From Octopus sinensis (taxonomy: Eukaryota), in NCBI RefSeq assembly GCF_006345805.1, contig NC_042999.1, positions 13,330,001 to 13,394,000 on the forward strand: a stretch of 64,000 bases of DNA, in the 5' to 3' direction. The translations under genes were made by a program, and so were the position numbers. A model generated the notes under the pieces. The model saw only the letters and a program-made list of their open reading frames with translations. It ran no database searches and was not told where the DNA came from. Within the stretch, counting starts at the first letter, position 1. Each line of letters opens with the position of its first letter. Below are positions 1-11,000 of this stretch, piece by piece.

Positions 1-240
1 GTCGACCTCGGCGGAATTTGAACTCAGAACGTAGCGGCAGACGAAATACCTATTTATTTCTTTATTACCCACAAGGGGCTAAACACAGAGAGGACAAACA
101 AGGACAGACATAGGTATTAAGTCGATTACATCGACCCCAGTGCGTAACTGGTACTTAATTTATCGACCCCGAAAGGATGAAAGGCAAAGTTGACCTCGGC
201 GGAATTTGAACTCAGAACGTAGCGGCAGACGAAATACCGT
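1..240 (-). mobile_element. SINE family A, tandem headless units cut by the window edge
   Basis: Two copies of GAAAGGATGAAAGGCAAAGTCGACCTCGGCGGAATTTGAACTCAGAAC (reverse complement of B-box plus central domain). Confidence 0.85.
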
Positions 241-604
241 TGGAGTGGTTACGGTTTTACGAATAAGTCTATTAGTCAATTAGTCTGGCAATCATTCCGG
301 GCAAATGTTTCGTGCACGCTAATATTTATAGCTTTATCTACTTCGAGTTCTACTGTTAAAAGTAATTTACTTCGAGTATCAGTTATTCGAATATTTGATG
401 TCCAACCGGAATATCGAATATCTTTGTTCTTCTGTTTTGATGTTGTTATTCTGTTATCCATTCTTTCCTCTCCATCCAACGATGGTTATCTTTATTTCAG
501 TCTATCGGATAATTGATGAAATAAATCACACGAAACAGAACCGCTTCTGCAACTGAAATGTCTGTAATAATAATATAAATTAATGAAATTCGTTTTTACC
601 ATAT

Positions 605-1180
605 AAGTTTCTTTATTGGCCACACAGGGCCGCACACAGATGGGACAAGTTACAAGGTAGAGCTTTTCTTTTGGTGGAGAAAAAAAAAAGCTGGCGTAGG
701 TTTTCGATCAAAAGGGATCGTAAAAGGGAAAAAAGAACAAGAAAAAAGAAAAAAAGAAAAAAAAGGAAAAGAAAAAAAAAGAAAAAAAGCGAAAGCAAAA
801 GAAAAAAGGGGAAAAAGAAAAGAAAAATGAAGAAAGAAGAAAAAAGAGGAAAAAAGGGGGAGAGGATAAAAAAAAACGATCAATAGGGATCGTGTATCAC
901 AGTGTCATGATGTATGGTGTAAAGGGGAAAGCAAGTAAGGTTTATCCGTGGGAAGAAAAGCCTACGAAAAAGACCACGGTAACCTTGGTCAATATTGTTA
1001 TATGTTACCACATTTGTTTGCAAGTGGGTAACCCTCTGTTTTCAATTTCTGGGTTCATAGGATTATGCTCAAGGTGGCTTCGTCATTCATACGTGCCATC
1101 CTTGCTACATTCACCCATCTTTTTTTAAAACGTTCGCTAGACAAAACTTGCCTCTCTACTCTCACTTTCCTTTTCAAGTG
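605..1180 (-). mobile_element. 3' end of an L1/Tx1-like LINE: ORF2 C-terminus, pyrimidine-rich 3' UTR, AATAAA
   Basis: Minus frame 1180-1055 reads HLKRKVRVERQVLSSERFKKRWVNVARMARMNDEATLSIIL*; UTR ends TGTGTGGCCAATAAAGAAAC. Clade assignment rests on resemblance only. Confidence 0.55.
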
Positions 1181-1221
1181 GTATGGATAGACAGATAGAC
1201 ATAGCAATATTTAGTAACGTT

Positions 1222-1975
1222 GAGGCACGAGTTGGTGGAATCGTTAGCGAGCTGGGCAAAATGCTTAGCGGCATTTCGTCCTCCTTTACGTTCTGAGTTC
1301 AAATTCCGCCGAGGTCGACTTTGCTTTTCATCCTTTCGGGGTTGATTAAATAAGTACCAGTTACACACTGGGGTGGAAGTCATCGACTTAATCCGTTTGT
1401 CTTTCCTTGTTTGTCCACTCTGTGTTTAGACCCTTGTGGGTAGTAAAGAAATAGGCATTTCGTCTGCCGTTACGTTCTGAGTTCAAATTCGGCCGAGGTC
1501 GACTTTGCTTTTCATCCTTTCGCGATCGATAAAATAAGTACCAGTTGGGCGCTGGGGGTCGATATAATCGACTTAATCCGTTTGTCTGTCCTTGTTTGTC
1601 CACTCTGTGTTTAGTTCCTTGTGGGTAGTAAAGAAATAGGTATTTCGTCTGCCGTTACGTTCTGAGTTCAAATTCGGCCGAGGTCGACTTTGCTTTTCAT
1701 CCTTTCGCGATCGATAAAATAAGTACCAGTTGGGCGCTGGGGTTCGATATTATCGACTTAATCCGGTTGTCTGTCCTTGTTTGTCCACTCTGTGTTTAGA
1801 CCCTTGTGGGTAGTAAAAAAATAAGTATTTCGTCTGCCGTTACGTTCTGAGTTCAAATTCCGCCGAGGTCGACTTTGCTTTTCATCTTTTCGAGATCGAT
1901 AAAATAAGTACCAGTTGGGCGCTGGGGGCCGATATAATTGACTACACTCCTTCTCCCGAACTTTCTGGCCTTTTT
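1222..1975 (+). mobile_element. SINE A head followed by tandem 185-bp headless units
   Basis: tRNA-like head at about 1222; TAGTAAA recurs at 1441, 1626 and 1811; B-box GAGTTCAAATTC in each unit. Confidence 0.85.
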
Positions 1976-1992
1976 CCAAAATTTGAAATTTA

Positions 1993-2481
1993 CAGGTTTG
2001 GCCAAAAGTCACCCGACAGTAAATCAAAATTCCGTAAATACTTAATATTCGATTTTATTTATTCATTCAAATTATTAATGTTTCATAAATGAATGCTTAT
2101 TTCTTTACTACCCACAAGGGGCTAAACACAGAGAAGACAAACAAGACAGGTAAACGGATTAAGTCGATTACATCGACTCCAGTGTGTAACTGGTATTTAT
2201 TTACTCGACCCCGAAAGGATGAAAGGCAAAGTCGACCTCGGCGGAATTTGAACTCAGAACGTAACGGCAGACAAAATACGGCTACGCATTTCGCCCGGCG
2301 TGCTAACATTTCTGCCAGCTCGCCACCATCATCATAATTGAATGCTGTGAGTTAAAATCACCATTTCCCCCCAAAAAATTTGTCTATTTGTTAACGATGT
2401 CTCTGGTAAAATAATTTTTTTGCTTTCATCTTGGAATTAAATTGTTTTGCCTTACTGTCAGGTGACTTTTAGCCAACTCTG
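1993..2481. mobile_element. Tc1/mariner-type MITE with nested SINE A
   Basis: TIRs CAGGTTTGGCCAAAAGTCACCCGACAGTAA / TTACTGTCAGGTGACTTTTAGCCAACTCTG; TA at 1991-1992 and 2482-2483. Confidence 0.8.
2098..2332 (-). mobile_element. Full-length SINE A with 14-bp TSD
   Basis: Flanks CATAAATGAATGCT (2084-2097) and CATAATTGAATGCT (2333-2346). Confidence 0.88.
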
Positions 2482-2824
2482 TATATTTAAAACAACTTTT
2501 CACATCGGACTCAGGGGTGACTTTTGGAGAAAAAAAATAAGTGCGTCTGATATGCCATCAAATACGATACAATCAATCTTGCCGAAATAAGATTAAGATT
2601 AATGTAAAAAATAAATAACGCTGAAGCAAAGTAACACCAAATTTATAGTGCGTGTGTTTTTATTGGCTAAACTGGCAAAATGGCCATTCCTAAATACAAC
2701 AAAATCAAGCTTAATTTTTCCTTTTATCCTTCAAAGTTTGATCAAATATATAACCTGTAATTATTGACTAACAATCCTCCCCTATAAATCTGTGATTCTC
2801 TGCCAACGTATGAAATCAATATGC

Positions 2825-2950
2825 AAGTAATCTCCAGGGATACAGGCATCCAGCCACAGGACCTCCGTAATGCCATGATGAACCGTGAAGTCTGGCGTAG
2901 CATGGTAAATTCCATTGTCTCGACCAAGGTCGAACAATGATGATGATGAA
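2825..2950 (+). mobile_element. RTE-clade LINE 3' end with (TGA)n tail
   Basis: Reads VISRDTGIQPQDLRNAMMNREVWRSMVNSIVSTKVEQ*, then TGATGATGATGA. Confidence 0.7.
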
Positions 2951-3819
2951 TATATGCATACTCTATACGCCCCAGTATAAAATGTGCATATATACGTTTA
3001 TGTATTTACATAGGCGTGTTTATGTGCGCGTGTGTATTTGTATGTGTGTGCTGATCTTCCGGGTAAGTATGTATGGGTGTATACATTCTTACACTTTCTT
3101 AGCAAATTCTACGTTCCCATCATAAATAACGTGTATCCACCTATCACTAAACAGATTGAGTCGCTCACGGATAACACGTCTAAATTATAATTGACATATA
3201 ATACTGAGGAATTTGATCTGTTCATTTGATTATATGTCAAACGATCGTAAGATGTTACTTCAGTTTGGTAGATTAATGAACAATACATATTCAAGAAATG
3301 ATTGCAACGAGAAATCTTATATAACATATGTGTCTCCATGCATTTCTTAGAAATCGTTCGGCTTTCTATAATTTCCGGTCAGATTTTATGTCGATAACAC
3401 ATTAACGCCTTCGTTATTACACAACTGTTGTATCATGAAAGCTAGAGCTTCTCTTCAATGCAGTAAATTATATCATCACTTTGCCTGTCGTTTTAAGTAT
3501 CAACAATGGAGACTTCAATTCTATATTTAAGAGATGAGGAATTATGTACATTATTTACATTATTTACATCATTTACATTTGACGGATATTTGTCCTCGTC
3601 TTGTTTGTTGTTAACACAACGTTTCGGCTGATGTACCTTCCAGCCTTCATTATATATATATATATAATACAAAAATGTGACGAGTACGCAAAACATCCAG
3701 ACAGACGATACAAGGAAAACAAGGACGAGTCATTCGGAGTTTTCTTTCCTCAGTCGAGTTCCAGTTTATCTTTGCAATTTCGGTTGGTTATACTCGACAT
3801 TGCTCTAATCTGGCCAGCC

Positions 3820-4338
3820 CCAAGGAAAAACTAAGCTAAGAGCACTGGATTCCTTGGAAGAAAACAGCGGATGTATACGAAAGCAAGGACGGAAAAAACG
3901 AAGAAATGGTACACAAATACAAATAACAGGACATTAACAACGGGTGGCCTTCTCTTCATGCTCACCTTCCCTCCTCTTTCACTTCACTCTGTCCCTTTCA
4001 TTTTTTCTCGCCCTTCCTTAATTCTTCCATCCCTCTTTTTCTTCTCTCCCCACGTGACCAGTGTTCGGCCAAGCCTGACTTTTCTTTCTTGATTCGACTA
4101 CCATCCGTGCAACATCTATATTACCCCCTGTGCCTGTCAAATCTTATGTCCTTGCCGTAAGGCCTTACTTCCACACACCCCAGCTTAATTTAATTCGTCC
4201 TTAGTCGAAAGACCACTTTGGTAATGTCCTGTTGTTTGTATTTCTGTACCATTTCTCCGTTTTTTCCGTCCTTGTTTTCGTATACATTCGCTGCTTTCTT
4301 CCAAGGAATCTAGTGCTCTTTGCTTAATTTTTCCTTGG
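3820..4338. repeat. Fold-back element, about 120-bp inverted arms and about 280-bp spacer
   Basis: 3820-3940 is the reverse complement of 4218-4338 with scattered mismatches. Confidence 0.8.
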
Positions 4339-4440
4339 TCAGCCCGAAGCTATAGTAGAATGCACTTGACCAAGGTGCCACGCAGTGGGACTGAACCCGG
4401 AACCATGTGGTTGGGAAGCTAGCTTCTTATCACAGTCACA
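4335..4440 (-). mobile_element. SINE family B, 5' head fragment
   Basis: CCAAGGTGCCACGCAGTGGGACTGAACCCGGAACCATGTGGTTGG. Confidence 0.75.
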
Positions 4441-4746
4441 CGAAATTTCTTCCGACTTTATGTTTCACCTTTTCAAAGCCGTAAAAATGAGTACAAGTCG
4501 ATCACTGGGGGTGGGGGTAATCGTTTGAACCCCACCCCGCTCCACTATCAACAAAATGTCGGGCCTTGTGCCCAAAGGGAAAGTAATTATCGCGATTAGA
4601 TAAATCAGTTAAGACCGAAGAACAGTTTGTTCTTCTCCATCTTGAAGTACGACAGGACTTTTCTTTTCCAACCCAACAGAGACATAGAAGCAGACGCGTA
4701 GACAGATAGCAATATAGATAATGTAAATGACTGTGTGTGTTGTATG

Positions 4747-4803
<57 letters not shown>

Positions 4804-5390
4804 ATAATTCTTTCTTCTATAGGCACAAGGCCTGAAATTTGGGGGAGGGGACTAGTCGATTACATCAATCCCAATGTTTCACTGGTACTTAATTTATTGA
4901 TCCCGAGAGGATGAAAGGCAAAGGCGACCTCGGCGTAATTTGAACTCAGAACGCAGCGACGGGCGAAATACCTATTTCTTTACTACCCACAAGGGGCTAA
5001 ACACAGAGAGGACAAACAAGGACAGAGGAACCGATTAAGTCGATTACATGGACCCCAGTGCGTAACTGGTACTTATTTAATCGACACCGAAAGGATGAAA
5101 GGCAAAGGCGAGCTCGGCGTAATTTGAACTCAGAACGTAGCGACGGGCGAAATACCTATTTCTTTACTACCCACAAGGGGCAAAACACTGAGGGGACAAG
5201 GAAGGACAGACAAAGGGATTAAGTCGATTACACCGACCCCAGTGCGTAACTGGTACTTAATTTAGCGACCCCGAAAGGATGAAAGGCAAAGTTGACCTCG
5301 GCGGAATTTGAACTCAGAACGTAGCGGTGGACGAAATGCGGCTACGCATTTCACCCGGCTCGCTAACGTTTCTGCCAGCTCGCCGCCTTG
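4804..5390 (-). mobile_element. SINE A multimer ending in the alternative tail 2
   Basis: Head at about 5390; 184-bp period (GGGCGAAATACCTATT at 4961 and 5145); tail 2 near 4810-4860. Confidence 0.85.
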
Positions 5391-5693
5391 TACGTATTAT
5401 GTAATGTGGTTGTGACGCAGTTTTTATTAAGCTGCAACAGATGCTTTATGACTCGTATTTGGTGCACCAGACTGTTACAGACCATCCCATTTTTAGACTT
5501 CTCAATATGGCTGTAAATAGCATTTATAATATATTACATAATACCTGTTGAGTGTGGTTAAGCGGATCCATCACAAATAACAATGGAAACATTGTTGTAC
5601 AGAATTGTGTTCGTTCGATACGACGACGGTGTTTGTACGGCATGTGTACGTGTGTGTGCATGTAGGTAGTCATAAATACTTCTGATTCACACA

Positions 5694-5763
<70 letters not shown>

Positions 5764-5832
5764 TCGGGGTGAGTACTTGATAATTATAAGCACCTGTGTA
5801 TACCGTTTGGTGGTGTACATACATATATATAT

Positions 5833-6226
5833 GGCGCAGGAGTGGCTGTGTGGTAAGTAGCTTGCTTACAAGCCACATGGTTCCGGGTTCATTCCTACTG
5901 CGCAGCATCTTGGGCAAGTGTCTTCTACTATAGCCACGGGCCGACCAAAGCCTTGTGAGTAGATTGTTAGACGGAAACTGAAAGAAGCCCGTCGTATATA
6001 TGTATGTGTGTGTATGCTTTTGTGTCTGTGTTCGTCCCCCCCAACATCGCTTGACGATCAATGGTGGTGTGTTTACGACCCCGTAACTTAGTGGTTTGGC
6101 AAAAGATACCGATAGAATAAGTACTAGGCTTCCAAAGAATAAGTCCTGAGGTCGATTTGTTCGACTAAAGGCGATGCTCCGGCATGGCCGCTGTCAAATG
6201 ACTGAAACAAATAAAAGAGTAAAGAG
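5833..6226 (+). mobile_element. SINE B, full length, with internal (TA)/(TG) microsatellite
   Basis: A-box-like TGGCTGTGTGG, degenerate B-box, CTTGGGCAAGTG, tail TAAAAGAG. Confidence 0.88.
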
Positions 6227-6264
6227 TATATAGATGTAATGATGGTAGTATCTCGTAGTCCCAG

Positions 6265-6480
6265 GAAGATGGCATGACAGACCTTCACTAATGGGGTCGA
6301 CTAGAAAAGCTCAAGCTTTATTTCCTCCAACACATCACCTGCCTGATGTGTAGGATATTCTATCAGCATTGTCCATTTGATGTTGGCATCGCCTTTAAGA
6401 TAAGTTCCGTGCTATCTGCCCACAACATAAATCATACTCGTATCACATAACAACAATACTGCGCAATTGTTTCACCTCAA
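6265..6480 (+). mobile_element. Degenerate CR1/L2-like RT C-terminal fragment
   Basis: Reads GMTDLH*WGRLEKLKLYFLQ..CRIFYQHCPFDVGIAFK. Confidence 0.5.
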
Positions 6481-6624
6481 TTGGCCCCGTTCTCTTTAAC
6501 ATTACACACCAAAACACACACACACACATATATATATAAATATATATATATTATATATATATATATATATAACACACACACATACGCACACGCACATACG
6601 CATATATAAATGCATGTGTGCGCA

Positions 6625-6820
6625 CGTGTGTGTCTTGTGTCCATTTTTGTCCACCACCTAATCACTCGTCAACCGGTGTTGGTTTGTTCACATCCCCATA
6701 AATTAGCGGTTCGGCTAAAGACACTGATAGAATAAGTCCTGGTGGAAGGGTAGTGAGTGGAGGCCGATTTTCAAGCTCGAGTCCAATGACTGCAACAAGT
6801 AAAATATTACAAGATAAAAA
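6625..6820 (+). mobile_element. SINE B 3' half, degenerate
   Basis: TTAGCGGTTCGGC...GATAGAATAAGTCCTGG...AATGACTGCAACAAGTAAAA. Confidence 0.65.
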
Positions 6821-6864
6821 GATACCTATTCATATGTTATTTGCATTTGAAAAAAAGGACCGTG

Positions 6865-7010
6865 GAGCTGTACTCTAGTGCTCTACTCCTGTTGGTGTAT
6901 TCTTAAAACTGTACTCTACTTGCTGACCCTAATAGCCTTACACTAGTGGCAGTACTCTTGTTGCTGTACTCTGATTGCTGTACTCTAGTGGCTGTTCTTA
7001 TTGGTGTTTT
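6865..7010. repeat. Degenerate 15-bp minisatellite
   Basis: Recurring GCTGTACTCT(A/G)GT(G/T) units. Confidence 0.55.
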
Positions 7011-7699
7011 ATTCCACATCAATGGTAAACGAGCAAACTTAGGATAAAAGGGATTTCCAGCCTTGACCACCCCGTTTTATATATTTATTTATATTTAATA
7101 TAGCACGGGTTATATTGTGTCTCATTGATTTTAAGTCACTTTCTTACATCTTTTACTTGCTTCAATAATTTGATTACGGCAATGCTGGAGCATTTTCTAG
7201 AAGACAAAATTAGAAAGAAAATTTGAAAATTAGAAGAAGATAATTAGAAAGAAAATTAGAAATAGAAGAAGAAAATTAGAATTTGTGTCTCTGCTTTGCG
7301 CAGGTGTCACAAGAGGATTTGTGTGCTATTTCTAGCATAGCAAATGACCACATACAGGTTCGTTTTTTTGGTTTCTGACTTGAGATGACGTCTCTGGTCG
7401 GTGTTAGAAAGTGCATCTTATTGAAGAGTACAGATTACACCAATTAGTATCTGTATAGGCCAAAGTACGAGAGATGGTGGTGGCGGTGGTGGCGTATGTG
7501 GTGGCGGCGGTGGTGCCGGGGTAGGTGGGTAAATAAGGTATGCAGGATTTGGTGGTAATGACCGTTAATTACAGATCACCAGAAGTGGTTTGTTCGGCTT
7601 CCAAGGTTCCGCACCTGTTCGGCATCGATTGACCTAATTGTTTTTGGCAAATTGGATTTCTTGTTCTTCTGTTTTTTTGTTCTTTTGTTCTTCTGTGTG

Positions 7700-7925
7700 T
7701 GTATACGTATACGTATGTATGTATGTATGTATGTATGTATGTATGTATGTATGTATGTATGTATGTATGTATGTATGTATGTGAGTGTGTATGTATGTAC
7801 GTATGTATACGTATATATATATATACATATATATATATGCGTGTAAGTGCAAGTGTGTGTGTATGTATATGCATGTAATGTATGTATATATGTGAGTATG
7901 AATGTGTGTATATGTATATGTGTGT
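7700..7925. repeat. (TATG)n/(TG)n compound microsatellite
   Basis: Direct reading. Confidence 0.9.
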
Positions 7926-8014
7926 CGTCCAATAATACTATTTTTGTTCCACGTCCTCGCGTTGTTATGTTTTTTGTGCTTTCTTGTTTGGATTAACTAT
8001 TATATATATATAAT

Positions 8015-8043
<29 letters not shown>

Positions 8044-8046
<3 letters not shown>

Positions 8047-8345
8047 TATATTAAATTAGAGACAAACCACTATTAGGCAAATCAAACAATGAAAGACTTA
8101 AGCCAATACATATGATTAATTTATATTTAAATATGTATATTAATTATATTTTTTAATAATTTTAATAATTTTGTTACATATTTAAATAATATAATTAATC
8201 ATATGTATTGGCTTAAGTCTTTCATTGTTTGATTTGCCTAATAGTGGGTTTTGTCTCTAATTTAATATAATATAATATTTTACTATAAATTGGATTCAAT
8301 CCTAAATCTGATTTTTCCCTGTCAGTTTGGATTTATTCCTAATAT
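8044..8345. repeat. Fold-back element (arms 8044-8137 and 8175-8272) with 70-bp extension; same family as 30886-31172
   Basis: TTAGAGACAAACCACTATTAGGCAAATCAAACAATGAAAGACTTAAGCCAATAC and its reverse complement. Confidence 0.82.
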
Positions 8346-8433
8346 TTATTATATATATATATATATGTAAGCATGCATATATGTGTGTGTGCGTCTGCGT
8401 GAATGTTTGCATATATGTATATATATATATATA

Positions 8434-8464
<31 letters not shown>

Positions 8465-8521
8465 TGTGTGTGTGTCTATGTATTAGGTATGTAGGAATGA
8501 ATGTCTATATATAAATGTATG

Positions 8522-8559
<38 letters not shown>

Positions 8560-8866
8560 TGTAAATGTTGAGCATGTATGTATGTATATGTGTGTTAATG
8601 TATGTATATATGCGCATGTGTGTGTATGTATGTTTTTCATTTTGGGATTTGGTTTGCAAGATTCTTTATGTGAGTTCGTGTGCTGAAGCATATTTTGTGT
8701 CTGGGGAGGGTCATTCTCTTTTAGTGCCTTATTATTTAACACACTCACTGGTAAAGTTTTCAAAAGTTTAGAAAAAATAGATAAGTAAATGAATGGAAAC
8801 TTTACCAGTGAGTGTGTTAAATAAAAAGGCACTAAAAGAGAATGACCCTCCGCAGGCACAACAAGA

Positions 8867-8907
<41 letters not shown>

Positions 8908-9169
8908 CATACTTAATTCATTAAAATTATTAGCACATTAAATTAGTTAGCCTCGTTTTCGATATTTTTTGTGTCATTAACCATAATAATACACTTATCA
9001 TAACTATAATAATAATTTTATCGTAACTTTTAATTTTGGGGATAAAAATAAATTAGTATTATACGTATTCTCTTTTTTCATAACTGTATACCTAATTTTA
9101 CACCACTCTGTATATGCATACACACTCATATATACGAACACACTCACACACACACACATATATATATTA

Positions 9170-9287
9170 CCGCGATCACCGTGACCGACCAGGCTATCAG
9201 ATGTTGCTACACATCGCTGGTCACAATGCACTTCGCATTGTTTCAGCCTTCAAATGACGGCACCCCGCTAGCTATGCGAGCAAGCCA

Positions 9288-9290
<3 letters not shown>
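9170..9290 (-). repeat. Unclassified 120-bp interspersed repeat (family E) abutting (TA)n
   Basis: Reverse complement of 57524-57640. Confidence 0.75.
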
Positions 9291-9328
<38 letters not shown>

Positions 9329-9330
9329 GG

Positions 9331-9396
<66 letters not shown>

Positions 9397-9398
9397 AT

Positions 9399-9452
<54 letters not shown>

Positions 9453-9560
9453 TGTGTGTGTGTGTGTGTGTTGTGTGTGTGTGTGTGTATATAGGTATTA
9501 TATATGTATATATGTATGTGTGTGTATATAATATATATATATATATACACATTGTATATA

Positions 9561-9599
<39 letters not shown>

Positions 9600-9640
9600 G
9601 CATGTATGTATATGCATATGTATATCTATATATTTATATA

Positions 9641-9680
<40 letters not shown>
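9290..9680. repeat. (TA)n/(TG)n microsatellite
   Basis: Direct reading. Confidence 0.9.
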
Positions 9681-9687
<7 letters not shown>

Positions 9688-10186
9688 CAATACCCGACTC
9701 ACCCCACTCACCCGTATGTATATTAGTGTTCATCCGTGAAGTTTTTATCTCGATTTTTTTTCTGTCGAGGTCAATTTTCACGCTTATATGAGTAACGTCG
9801 CCAAAAATTAGGTCAGACGAGATGCCGATGTGCATATGTGCACGTAAACACACGGAACTTCGGACGCACACACACACACACGCACATGCATACACATATG
9901 CGCGCACGCGTGTGTGTTCTTATTGCTGAATTTGTTATTAATAGAAATCTTGCTAAGCAATTGTTAAGCCATTGTTGGTTGTATATACATAGTTATGGAT
10001 TGTTTGAAAGTTACGTGTTTGACATAACTTCCATATCTGACAAGTTACCTGTCAGAAACGCGACGGAAAATATTCTTTCACGTGACTTGATTTGTAAAAC
10101 TCTTACATAACACTATCACCCTCTTTCTTCTTCCTCAGTCTGTCTGTCTGTCTCTCCTCCCTCTTCTCTCCTTCTCCGCTTTCTCT

Positions 10187-10221
<35 letters not shown>

Positions 10222-10225
10222 ATAT

Positions 10226-10258
<33 letters not shown>

Positions 10259-10392
10259 TCATCCGTTGTGTTGTGTGTTGTGTCTTCTAGGATTTCGGGC
10301 ATCCTCCATCCGATTGTGCTCAAATTTGATTGTAGATACCGACGGTGCATATATATATATATATATATATATATGCATACATATATATGCAC

Positions 10393-10930
10393 GATCGAGT
10401 CTCAAATTAAAGATCTTATTCTTATTTATATAAATTTATGTATTTATTTTGTCATTATATTTACTGCGGTACATTTTGACCATATCGCACGAAGTGTTAT
10501 ATGCAGGCAATTTAAACTGGTCGTGTGCATATATGCATATATATGTATGCATACGTTCGTATATATAAGTATTCGTATGTTATATGTATATATATATATG
10601 TGTGTGTGTGTGTATATGTATGTATTTACGTTACTATCTGTGTATATTCTACTGATGAGGCAAAGCATTTCTTATGCAAAGCCAGAAATCCGTGATCTGG
10701 AATTATCCAGTAATTTTTGTGCTAGTTTATTTTGTTCTTTTGTCTTCTCTCCTGGTGCTGTATGAACATTTAATGTGGTTTTAGAGTCAGGTTTTGGCTG
10801 CTATTTCCAGCGTGGAGGTATCTCTTAGATACCCTAAATTATAATTTTAATAATAATTATTGCCTTTGAAAGTTTTTTATTTCCATGCTGGCCACTTGAT
10901 AAGATCGATATTTAAATTAAGGATCTTATT

Positions 10931-10936
<6 letters not shown>
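10393..10936 (+). mobile_element. About 510-bp terminally redundant unit carrying a hammerhead ribozyme (Penelope-like or retrozyme candidate)
   Basis: GATCGA-N5-AAATTAA(A/G)GATCTTATT..TATATA at 10393 and 10903; hammerhead fold inside. Confidence 0.5.
10638..10710 (+). ncRNA. Type I hammerhead ribozyme candidate
   Basis: CTGATGA 10652-58; helix II GGC/GCC plus GCAT/ATGC; GAAA 10685-88; helix III ATC/GAT; AUC site at 10697; helix I ATTCTA/TGGAAT extended by CTG/CAG. One extra A (10684) precedes G12. Confidence 0.62.
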
Positions 10937-10961
<25 letters not shown>

Positions 10962-10969
10962 ATATATAT

Positions 10970-11000
<31 letters not shown>

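Noticed and set aside
671-886. Lys/Arg-rich 71-aa ORF
   Set aside because: Antisense of the pyrimidine-rich LINE 3' UTR.
1222-1975. CRISPR-like array
   Set aside because: Whole units repeat with no unique spacers; eukaryotic SINE multimer.
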